A DNA stretch of 62,817 bases, counting the filler, from Aduncisulcus paluster (Eukaryota): NCBI GenBank assembly GCA_024181965.1. It is 7 parts of 7 records of this genome, joined end to end, with 100 filler letters (N's around TTAATTAATTAA, not from the genome) between each part and the next. Parts side by side here need not be neighbours in the genome. Positions count along the whole stretch, not along the records: positions 22,209 to 27,810 come from BQXS01011140.1; positions 27,911 to 33,604 come from BQXS01011143.1; positions 33,705 to 38,324 come from BQXS01011144.1; 4 more parts are not named here. The stretch is one strand, 5' to 3'. Below are positions 22,209-34,268 of the stretch, one piece after another (position 1 is the stretch's first letter; each line of letters begins with the position of its first letter). The notes below the pieces were generated by a model that ran no database searches, was not told where the DNA came from, and was given only the letters and a program-made list of their open reading frames with translations. The translations under genes and the position numbers were made by a program.

Positions 22209-22997
22209 AAAATTCTTCTGAGTTCTGTTCATTTGCTTTGGAACAAGATAACTAAGAAGGAATCCCATTAAATATGCGTCTCTATGACGAACAATCCTGA
22301 GGACAGAGCCTGTAAGTCGAAGCAAGGCAATGTGGACATAAGGATCGTCAGTAATAGAATCTTTACCGGGAGGATTAATTGTTTTACATAATCTTGAAAC
22401 TGTACGGACGTCATTCGTTTGAGAAAGAACATGACAACAGAATAAAATCAAGGGATAAAGTGCCTTTTGCTTTTTATCCTTTTGAAGAACTGTAATTGAA
22501 GTTTCAATGGCCTTATCAAATGAAACACCCTGCTTTGAACTGATACAAACACCGGAAATAGCGGCAGCAGCTCTCATCAATTCATTAGAATTAGACAAAT
22601 AGGAAAGAACGGTCATTTGAGTCCTATTATCATCAGCAACCTCAGAAAGTAAACGTAAAGCACCAGAGGAGGTTGGTTTGTTTGCATCAACTATTTTTTG
22701 AAGAGAGGAAGTGGCGAAGAAACGTTGTTCGACCAGAGGAGAAATAACACGAAGACAAGCCATACATAATGTTTCTATCGCAGGTTTAGCCTGATGGAAT
22801 ATCTTAACTAGGGCGAAAAACATCGTTTGAGCCTCATCTTCATTCAGTTTGGAGCTTGAATTGAAAAGATGCTTGGCGAGTTGAGTTAGAATCTCCTTTT
22901 TCTCGGCGTAAGGAGTTGTACCCACAATTTTTGTTAACTTATGTATTATTTGAGTTCGCCTCATATGCCAAATGATGTCAAAATTATACTTTGGCAT
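22209..22997 (-). CDS. COPG: Divergent coatomer subunit gamma, N-terminal part (3' truncated)
   Basis: EILTQLAKHL..., EAQTMFFALVKIF, ATSSLQK and GALRLL align with the gamma-COP N-terminal trunk (ILTKILYL, EATEAFFAMTKLF, VTSSLTK, AVRAL). Confidence 0.7.
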
Positions 22998-23273
22998 TAT
23001 TCTGCCGTCAAATTATCAAACTCGTTGAAATGTAATAGTAACGAAATTAAAATTTAATCCTTTTAAACAATTGGACCTCTTTTAATCAATATTATTGTTA
23101 TCTATTGATATTCGATTGTCGGCTTCAATGAAGTACAAATAAAGATATTTGAATAAACTTTATTTTATATTTTGAATAACAATAAATATTTTATTAAAAT
23201 TTCAATAGACTATCTGCGACTATATATTTCAATGACGAAATAATCACGAAGTTGCGTTTGGGCATCAACAATA

Positions 23274-26200
23274 ATGGAGGTGTTGAAATCAACCCTCAAA
23301 TGTGATAGCAAACATATTTTTATTTTAGATATTGATCCAACCCGCCTTGCAGATAAGGATATGCAATGGCTTTTGGGTGATATTCACTTTTCACCACATT
23401 CTGACACAATTATTTTGACTCCAATGCATGCGTATCAAATTATTCATGAATTTGGTGTAGAAAAACAGTCTAAACATGTTATAAATTCGTTCAACAAATT
23501 TAAAGACATCTTTTCAGCTTTTATAGGAGGAAAATCAGATGTTTCACCCCAAGAATATAATATTACAATGCAAGACTATGCATGGCTATTACGTGGAGCC
23601 CTCGATATGATTGCTTTTGATGAGCTTTCCCCGTATATTGAAATGAGTTCATTGTCCGAGTTGAAATATAAAAAACAAGATCTTTTAGCTTTTGACCAAG
23701 ATCATATTATTTCTGAAATTGAAAAATTAGATCCTAATTCCCCCAATCTATTTGATAATATCTCTTCCTATCCTTCCTTGCTAGATGATAAAGGGGTATC
23801 AATATTACACTCATACAGTGCTTCTAGCTTCATAAAAGCACCAGAAAAAGATTCTCAACCGTCGAAAGGAAAGACTTCAGAGCCTTCTGATAGTTCTGTA
23901 ACAGTTAAGAAATGTGTTGATATACCTACCGATAAGTATTCTTCATTCGTTGGCCTAAAGCATGCAAAAGCTGTTATTATTGCAGGATTCCCATTACCTT
24001 TCGCCTCTTCTTCTCCCGATCTTTTGTCTCTTGATGTCGCTGGATCTCCACAAGGAGGAGGAAAGAAAGATAAAGTGAAGAGTGAGAAAGGAAAACCCCC
24101 TAAAAAAACTATTGAAGCAAAAGGAAAAGGCAAAGGAAAAGGTAAAGGAAAAGAACAAGAAGAAGAAGAAGAAGAAGAGGAAGCCAAGGAAGAAATTAAG
24201 TATCAGCATCCAGAATACCCATTTTTCTCTGGAAGTCTCTCGGAATCAATATTCTCATTCTTTTTGAATCTTTCTCAATCTATTTTTAGCGATGAACTTG
24301 GAGCTGGTTCGCCTGGCGATTCGAAGAAGAAAGGAGATTCTGATAAGAAGAAATCCTCAAAAGATTCGAAAGGTGGTGATGGAAATGATATTATTTCCCC
24401 ATGTGATTCCTCCTCCCCATTTTCTCAGACATTTTCAGCCGCATTTTTGAACAGTTCTCTTCCCATTTCTGGTATTATTTGTGCCTCGAGGAAACAAATG
24501 GAGTTTTCCGGCAAAGGACTGGTTTTATCTATTTCAGCGCGACAAGGCTTTGAACCCACGTGTGTCTCTCTGAACGAATCGAAGCGTCTTCAATGGTGGA
24601 ATGCCAAACAGAAAGAATATACCCATTATCTTGAACTTGAAGCCGAAAGAGAAGAATTGGGCGATTCCATTCCATACAGAACTCTTGGACCCCACATATT
24701 TTCCCACGAATCCCATCCTATTCTTCACTCTATCCTCCTTTCTCTCTCGCTTCCCACATTGTTCTCATCTTATTATCCGTCTCCAGCCTGTCTAACGCCG
24801 GCACTGACTCACACTCATCCGGCCACACTGATCCATCGGTGTGAGAGTATTTGCACGAACAAGATGGGAGGAGATATCAGTATGGACGTTGGACCAGAAT
24901 CTGTGAGGATTGTTATCCTAGACAATGAAGAGGAGGAGAACACTGTCATCCTTGGGGTTCTCCCTCTTCATGGAGGCAAATATATACCGATTACATCTAC
25001 ATCAAGATGTTCATTGAATAATTCAGAACAAGAGAAGGAAGAGCAAGAGGAAGAAGAGAAAGAGAAAGAAGAGCAAGAGAAGGAATCGAAGAATGTTCAT
25101 GATTCACTTCTTACGAGTCTTTTGTCTACGTATGATACAATTATCGCTCCAATTCCAAAGTGTTTTGCAACTGTCGGAGTTGTTCTCCATTCAATGGTCA
25201 TGTCAGTATGTCAAGAGTTTGATGGACTTCAAGAAAGAGAAAGGGCTGAGCAAGAAGAACTAGATCGGTGGGATGAAGCTCAAGCGTTGATTAACCAGAA
25301 GATTTCCACCGAAAGTACTCGAGAAGGTTCCTCTATATCTCAACCATATATCACAATATCCCATGAAAAAGAAGAAAGTGAAAGTAACGTAGGAGATATT
25401 GCCAAACAACAAAACTCATTGGATCGTTCCTCGTCTCTCGTTGTAATGAAAGATGTATTAAATACTCTCGATGGTGAGTCTGAAGATACTGAAGAACAAG
25501 CTTTTGATCGTCTTGTACACACTCATAAGGAAAGTGATGACCAAGAAGAAGAACAGCCAATCCAACACCTGTCAACTCAACCTCCTGCTAACGAAGCTTA
25601 CCAGTCTCTCTCTGGACATGAAGATTCTGCTTCATCCTCTCACGCTGACTACCTATCTCCAAATGCATCTGGATCTGTGTCCAGAAACGAACGTTCAAGG
25701 CCACAAAGTAAGCTTGATCAGGCCATCGCAGAGACATCGGGCATGGGTACTGCCCTGGGAGGAGGTGAAGCCAATGAATATCGACCAATGGGAGGTCTTA
25801 GTCCCGTCAATGCTGGCGGTAGAGTGAGCAAACTTGACGGATATGCCAAGAAACGTGTATCCTTTGCCTCTCCCCATGTAGCTGATATTGTGTTAGACCC
25901 TTTGCAAGCCTGCGTTGTTCATTTTGAGAGACACTTTGCCATGTGTGGTGTTGGATCTGATGGTATGCGAGTGATGCTTGGCGCTTTAACTCATATGTGT
26001 GTTGCGTGTGGAGAATGGGCCATGAATGAAATATCACGCAGGAAATCTCAGCATTTAGGTTATCTACTTGCTCAAGATCTTGCTCACTCAGGTCATCAAA
26101 CACAGAGTCAGAGTCATTCAGACAGTGCCACATTGACAACATTAAGTGAACATCCTGATAAACTGTCCGTTTTGTGTGAAAACAATGATGGAGGTGTTTT

Positions 26201-27810
26201 TGTTACGATGCCTGCAAGCTTGAGCAAAGAGAGTGAAATGAGAGAGAGAGAAACTTTGTTGCACCATTTACACGTAGAATTGGAAACTGAATTCTCAAAG
26301 GGCGAATTAAAAGGGAGAAATACTAACAAACAATTCTCAAATAGAATTATTCAAATGTCAGACATTGCGTTATGTCTGAAAATGATCCAAGATTCTATTT
26401 CCGGAATTGAGAAAGAGTATTTATTTGGAATTAATGAAGAGATGGTTCGAAGAGTTAAACAAGATATTGAGGATAGGGATGCAATGCTCCGTGAAGAGAA
26501 AGAAAGAGGAGCAAAAGAAGGCGTTGAACTGTTTAGTTCTCAAGCTTTGATGGGACAGAATGAAGAAGAAGAGGAGGAAGAAGAGGAGGAAGAAGAGGAA
26601 GCCAAAGGGAAAGGCAAAGGGAAAGGCAAAGGGAAAGGGAAAGGCAAAGACAAAGATGATTCTTCTGATGGAAAGAAGAAGAAGAAAGAAGATCAAAAAG
26701 ATCAAAAAGATGCCCCTTCAGAGGAATCCTCTGAACTTCCTTCAAAACCTCAGATTCCACCTAAACCAAGAGTCGTGGAATCACAAACATCCTTTTATTC
26801 TTATGCAAATACCGATGAAAACACATTGGTCACACAGACTCATACCCAAGCGTCAAGCCCCGTGTTTGTAAGAATAAGAAAAGGAGTGAAAGAGAGAGAA
26901 ATGGATGAAATTCGTGAAAGAAGGAAAATGCAAAGGGAAGTTATATGGCTTGGAAAATTGAGCGAAGCAGGAGAAAGTAGTCAAATTCATGACCAATTAC
27001 CCTCCTCCTCCTCCTCCTCCTCCTCTTCTTCTTCTTCCTATTCTTCAGGAAATCATGACCATAGTGGTGCTGGAACGACTACCCTGCATGATTCTCAACA
27101 ACACGATACGACACGTCCGAGTTCGAGAAAACCAGGATCATCGCTTGCCGATTTCCCTTCTGCGATTCCTTCTCCTCTTCACAGGGCTGGAATGAACATT
27201 GAGGATTTTGTTGTTGAAACCAAGGGGAAAAACGCTGGAGTATTTGCAAAATATGACGCTATTTTCCGTGTGTTCTCTGAAGAAGCGACTCTGGGTTCAC
27301 ATACATGTATCATAGAGAATTCTCTTAGTGATTCTGTCACATTATCTTCCTGTCTATGTATTGGTCAATCAGGTGTCCGTCCATTGCTCTGGAATCGTCC
27401 TTCCTCTTCCTCTTCCTCTTCCTCTTCCTCTTCCTCTTCCTCTTCCTCTTCCTCTCTTTTGCATACACCATTAAGTGCAGAAGGCAAAGAGATACCTGTT
27501 GGATCCAGTGGTAATAATATCAGCAATACTAATAATACTGATTATTCTTGTCATGAAATGTCGAGAGAAAGATGTGAGAATAATATCCATAAGAATTGTA
27601 AGATAAATGAAGTGATTGGTGGTTCTTATCAAGGTAATATGATGTTCACTCCGGCTTACTTTGACTTTTGTAAGGCAATATGTGACAAAGATGTTATGCA
27701 AGAACAAGAAGCAGAAGAAAACAGGAGAATGGAACGTGAAGAGGAGAGAAGAAAGAGAGAAGAAGAAGAAGAAGAAAAGGAAGAAAAGCAAGAAGAAAAG
27801 GAAGAAAAGT
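23274..27810 (+). CDS. Large protein, probable SPAG17/PF6-like central-pair component (3' truncated)
   Basis: Open frame over 1500 aa. Segments VIIAGFP, WWNAKQKEYTHYLE and YDTIIAPIP....VGVVLHSMVMSV recall SPAG17/PF6 motifs (from memory). KG and poly-E repeats. Confidence 0.45.
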
Positions 27811-27910
27811 NNNNNNNNNNNNNNNNNNNNNNNNNNNNNNNNNNNNNNNNNNNNTTAATTAATTAANNNNNNNNNNNNNNNNNNNNNNNNNNNNNNNNNN
27901 NNNNNNNNNN

Positions 27911-30900
27911 GTATACTTGCAATCTCTTCTGCTCTTCCACACAATCGCACACACAGGAACAAAGCAGGTTGGCCAGAGCTCCTTCCCGTACCCTTGGCAA
28001 AGAGAGGGAGAGAGAGGATGAGAGAGGAGACACATCACACGAGGAGCATGAGGAAGAAGAAGAGGAGGAAGAGGGAGAAGTACGTTGATGGTCATATGAT
28101 TTCATGGAATTGTTTGCATGACTCATTGGATTACTTTCAGTTGATTTACAAGGACATCTCTTCACTCTCTCTTCACGAACTATACCAGCTCGTTCACTCG
28201 GAAGACTTACATACCTCATTCTATTCCCTTCTTCATTGCATACACATGTCTGACACTCCTCAGCGGCACCACTTGCCATCCCACACGAACATCCATCACA
28301 CACACGCCTGAAAGTGAAGCCATCGTAATCATCACACTGGTACATAAAAGTGTTTAGGATGAGAAGGACTGACATAGACGCGGCATATGAGAGCTGTGCA
28401 TTGGAATGGGAGGAGAAGAAGAGGAGAAGAGAGAGGAGAGGAAGAGTTGGTAAATGGTCAACAAATGGAGAATGAGAGCTTGATTGTTCCTCTTCGAGCA
28501 AAAAGGCAAGTTTCTCTCTGTTCTCTTTAAGTTTCTTGGAAGCTTGCAATGCAGGTTCATACTTCTTCATGATTGTTCTCACTTTCTTCTCAATATCCGA
28601 GTTTGAGACGATAGACGAGGATCGGGACAAACTTGCAGAGACTGTGTTGTCGCCAGCAGTCGAAGGAGAAGAAGAAACACCTTCGTTATTTGTGTCTTTA
28701 TCCTTGTCTTCTTCCTCTTTCCGATGTTTCATTTCAATGTGTGATATCAATTTTTGACGAATATCATCTTCAATTTCTTCAAGACGTTTTTCATCTTCTC
28801 TGACAATCGATTCAAGAATACGAACATTTTCATGCATTTTCTCGCCCTCTTTCTCTCTCTTAACAAGAGCAAAATCAATCAACAAAAGGCGCAAACCAGA
28901 GAGACTCAGATTTGAGAAACATGTCAAAAGATCTATGAGAAGTGACAAAGAACCCTCATATTCACCCATTTCATGCGTACAATCCCCAATCAAATCAAAG
29001 TATTTATCAGCAGTTCTAAAAATAGCAGATATTGTTGAGAAACTATCTTTCATGAGGATTTTAACAGATGAAGCTGGCGATAATTTTAGAATCCGAGAAA
29101 CTACTTTAATCCTTCGATCCTTCCTCAACAATTGTTTAGAACTCATTCCAACGATAGCATCTTCAGAGTGGGACAAACATAGCAGCGAAGGAAGCCACGA
29201 TTTCTTCATTTTATCGACTGCAGAACTCACAGACAATAGCAAACCAGAAGCTTGAGGATCGGATGAGGAAGATAAGGAAACTACAAGGAATGACACGAGG
29301 GATGGAGGAAGTAAATCAATAACTCTCTGATTCTCAAAGACTATGTTTGAGTAAGCACAGGCAATGAGAAGTATATTAACCATAATTTCAACGTTTTCTA
29401 TCCTGTTCTTCACCCTTCCTATTGAATTATCTTGAAGCCATCTTGTGCAATTTGTGGTAGATGAGATACCCATAATTGACATGACCTGACTGGCGAAAAG
29501 AAGAAGGAAATCAGGGTGTTGCTGGAAAGCTTGAAGGTAGTAATCACGCAAAACATTGCAGGCCAATGTGCTTCGCGCAAAATGTTGAGCTGTGCATTGC
29601 AATACATGCTTTGTATACGCCAATGTGAGTTTCTTACATAGAGGAAGCATCATGTGCATTGTTCTAGCTATCAGACCGACCACACAGGACTCAAGGTAGA
29701 GCACACTCCTCCCTGAAAGACACTGATACACGGCAAGAATGGCACGATGTTGCATGATAAAATGCTGGAGACGCAAGGAAGGAGGGTTGGGAAGAGTAAC
29801 AAACTGGAGACACAGAGCAATGGCATGTGAGAGAGAAGATAATGACGGGAAAGTCGAGAAAGGAGATGGGAAACCAGATCTAATGGTAGAGGAGGAACCG
29901 ACATGTGGTTGTTCACTGGATACATTTGCAATCAATTTCCATATAGTATTGTCATAGTTGGAACATGTTTTCTTCTCAGTAAAATTGAAAGGAAGAGGTG
30001 CACCGATACATATGCTGGCAATATTCATACATATGCACATCATTTCAACACTATCCATGTTAAACAGGGGAATAGGACAATATCTATCTTTGACACCCAA
30101 CATGGCCTGTTCAATCTCACTCGTGTTCTTCACATGCCCAACCAGCTCGTGCAGGTCAATGTGCTGAGAGGCGGTATGTGAGTGTTCCAGGAACCCAACA
30201 CAAATCGACAGAGATGTCAAAGGAATCATAACGACACCCTTTCGAATGCACACCTTCAAACTTTCACTCAAAACAATCATCAAGACAGACCCAATGAGTT
30301 GTTCTCTGCGTTGTTCAGTGCGTAAATATTTCTGAACAGATGTCTGAAGAGAATGTTCGTCACTCTCGACAATCATATTGAGGATATCGATCCCATCAAG
30401 ACAAGAAGGGAACTGGGCAGAGTTAGAGGATAACCTTAAGTTGCATGGTGATTTTAGGAGATATTCCTCTTCTGAACTGCAAACAAGTGATGTTAAGTAC
30501 CATCTGAGACCATCTTTCATCCATTTAATACCATCACCAAAGGCTTCCGTCCTATTCCGTTTCAAATGAACACTGACGGACTCATCAATGATATAATCTA
30601 AGTTTTCAGATAAAATGTGAAGGAAAGACTCAGGCAAACATGAAGGAGAGCCCTCGGCTGTGGATGAATCAGAAGAATATAGAACATCATCCGAAACAAT
30701 ACCTTTCCTTCGTCTCTTGATTTGTTTGATCCGTTCACGAAGCGAATTGATACTTGGCTTTTGATGGATTTCTTCCTCATAATCGTCAATATTCTCCTCC
30801 GAATGAGTGAAGATACCCCTTTCGAGAGGTGTTTTTAGACCTCTCCAGCACCCAACATAACCTCGAGACAATTTAATGCGATTACACTGCTTTAGACAGA

Positions 30901-33604
30901 GCAAAGAAAGAGTTGGGATTGAATGGAATGTGGAGGGATATACGACAGAATGTTGACTTGAGGATCCGTTCCTACGTTTGAGATCACCAGAAATGACACT
31001 ACGAATCCAAAGGAATCTACTCCTGGCACGCTCTGTACGATTTCTCTCGGCCTCTAACCCCATACACACAGCCAAAGCTCCTTCCATCTTCAATAATGAT
31101 TTGTGAAGGCCTGAAAAAACATGAATAAACTTATCGACAGAGGCTGAGGCGTGTGATGGAGAGAGGACGGAAGAAAGGGAACACAAGGAAACATCAGAGA
31201 ATGCACTAAGAACAAGGTCTATAATTTCGAGTAACACTCGTAGATTATCATGTGATGTTACAGTAGAGGTGGTTGAAGATATACACAATGCAGCCAAACA
31301 CTCATTCAAACACACAGTCAATGAATCGAACACAAAGGAAACAAGAGACAGTGACTTGTGTGCATCTTGACTTGCTTGGGATACACAAGAGAAGAGGAAA
31401 GTCACACAAGCTGAAAATAGTGGTGAGGAAGCAGATAGCAGACGAGATAACAACAACCCAAATCCACGGACATCTGAAGAGAAGAATGAATGACTCACTG
31501 AAGCGATCGACTGTCCCAATCTAGCATGCATTGGATTGGACATCTCTGTTGGATTACATCCTTTATCACCAGCTGTAGACAGTCCCTGCAACCCATTCAT
31601 TCCAGATTGAGAGGCTGTGGCAAGCTCTCCACTCCACACACACTCGCCAATAGAACAAAGACCAGAAGAATCGAAGAAAGGACCAGCTAGAGCATTTGAC
31701 AGGGACGGGAACAAACACCCCGAGGCAGAAGAAGATCCCTTGGGTGTCCCTAAACCTCCAGGGATTGCTGTTGTGTGTGCAAAAGATGATATTGAAGAGA
31801 TAGGGAGTATAGAGAGTAAAGGAAACAAACAGAACAATGAACGCATGATTGGACATGAAATGGATCCAATTGGAAGGCTGGAACAGGGGGAAGCTTCCAC
31901 ACCACACTTTGAGAGTGCATCGTCAAGGGAAAGTGGGGTAAGATCAGGAATAACAATCAGAGAAGAATCATCATCTCTCCTAGTTTTAATCGAAGATCCA
32001 TGTTCTGATTCTTTGCATTGGGAGACATGATCGTCTTCAGGTATTGAACCGTCTAAATCTTCCTTATAGATGACGGTATCTTCTTTTGTTGCAATGCTTT
32101 GGTCACTACTCGCATCGGCAGACTCCTTCATATTACTCGGATTCTCAAGTGATTTCTTCCGTTCATCATTCCGACTCTGTTCCATCTCTTTCAATCTCTG
32201 AACACGCTCGGAATGGATTGATATATTCAATTTTTGGGCCCAATACTCGTCCTCAAGATCAGATGAATCGCTTACAAGCCCGCTATCTCCAATCTTTGAA
32301 CCCCATCCACAGTAACTATTGCGATGGTTCATAGACACTCCTCCAATGCAGGAACGAACACACTCAGGCATGTCAGAGAGGGCAAGAGAATCGTAATAGC
32401 TGAGAAGCAATAGCATGGGATTTCCAGGTAACGTAGGATCACAGACCTCACGGAGATATTGGGAAGCTGAACTGGAATCCTTCACGAATGAGTCGAAAGA
32501 AGATAAAGGAGCCTTCCCTTTCCTCTCAATCTGTCTTTGCCATACAGAAGTCCACTCTTTTGCAATGATTCCATCGCCCGTTCTGATACAATCAACGAGC
32601 ATCCGTGCACTTTCCTGGATAATACATTGACATAAGGACGTGAGAATAGGACATGTCTGGAACAAAGGAGAAGAAGGCAGACAGAGGAATCGGGCAAGAT
32701 GAATCCCAATCTCCCAGATACAGAGATAGTCTCGCTCACGATTAGCTTTGGCAAGCATCCTTCTATTCTCTTCTTCTTTGGCTTCCTTAAGAGCAATCTC
32801 TTGGCGTCTCTTCTCTTCTTTCTTCTTCACACTTCGGCTTCTCGAGTCCTTGCTTCCTATTGTTCCCTGAGATTCAACACTGCTTGAAAATGATCTATCA
32901 TCCTCATTCTTCTTCTCTTTCTGCCTCTTTCTCTCCTCATTTCTCCTTAAATTGACCATCCTCATCCGATCCAAGAAATATACTCCATCAGACACACCAA
33001 TCCCACCTCGAGAGCCAATCTCCTCTTCTTCCCGATGCTTAAATATGGATAATGAAGTATGATGGGATGGAGTCTGCAACATGGCAAGACGAGCACCTGA
33101 AGTGACACCGACGACACTCAACCCGCTCACATCATGTGGTCTGGATGTCTCCACGAACAAAGTCAGAGCACGTTCAAGAACAGTCAAAGTCTCATCCCCA
33201 CCGCACAACAGGGCAAGAGCAAGACATAAACTACTGCAAGAAACACATTGGGGTGCCACAGAGATGTCCTGAGTCTCAAATAAGAAAGTGGAGCGGATGT
33301 ATGACGATAACACAGTCACACTCAAGGATATAGGAGGAAGCATGGGAGAATATGAGGTGCTCAAAGGTGGGTGATTGACAAAGGGAAGGGACGACAGGGA
33401 AGCTGTGTGAGACGATTGTGAGAACGAAAGACTTCCACGATCATCTCCACGGGCATGGGCAACACTGGAGAAATTAACAGACGGATTATCCTTGTTCTTC
33501 TGCAAAAAGGCAATGAAATTGGCAGATGATGTTTGGGGAAGAATATTAGATAATCTAGAACAGATTCTGCAGAGTGTTTTGGACTCACCTCCATCTCTGA
33601 TCAT
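27911..33604 (-). CDS. Very large hypothetical protein (helical, Ser-rich), truncated at both ends
   Basis: Uninterrupted frame of about 1900 codons filling the whole segment. No recognisable motif. Confidence 0.75.
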
Positions 33605-33704
33605 NNNNNNNNNNNNNNNNNNNNNNNNNNNNNNNNNNNNNNNNNNNNTTAATTAATTAANNNNNNNNNNNNNNNNNNNNNNNNNNNNNNNNNNNNNNNN
33701 NNNN

Positions 33705-34020
33705 GTCAGAATCTAGAGTATTCGACTTGGAAACTCTTAAACAAAATATAAAAGGAAGTATTTATCAACATACGAAAAAACAAATGCTGCAGTTGGATAG
33801 ATATTATAAATCAATACGACAAAACTCACATATTGACTTCGATAGATCATTCTATTCATTAATTCCAATGAAAAAATATTTTAGTTCAATTCCATTTTCC
33901 GGAGCTGCCGTTGAACGGTTTTTCAGCATTGTTCACAGGTATAATCATAAATTAAGAAGTCATCAGTCTATGGAAACATTGATGCTGAATTGTATGAAAA
34001 AATTCAATGACAAAGATTAA
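33705..34020 (+). mobile_element. hAT-superfamily transposase C-terminal dimerisation domain (5' truncated)
   Basis: KYFSSIPFSGAAVERFFSIV....KLRSHQSMETL matches the hAT dimerisation motif (IPxS/TSxxxERxFS...R). Frame is open to the segment edge. Confidence 0.7.
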
Positions 34021-34268
34021 ATAGTTAAAAAGAATAAATAATGATGATTATATAACAGTATTGTGATATTTACCATCTAATAATAATAATAAATATAAAG
34101 AGCAGCACAAAATGAAATGTGATAAACAATCAGATCAAGAAATGCTGATAATTCAAAAAATAATTCGAACAATAACAAAATAAATATTTATTGAAAACTA
34201 TAATTTAGAAATAATAATAGATTGTTCATTTACTTTGCCAATTTCACATTCCCAAAAAATGGAACTCC

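Noticed and set aside
27400-27452. (TCCTCT)n and (TCT)n arrays (also 41730-41812, 44490-44528, 45041-45105) as CRISPR or satellite repeats
   Set aside because: They are coding microsatellites for poly-Ser with no spacers.
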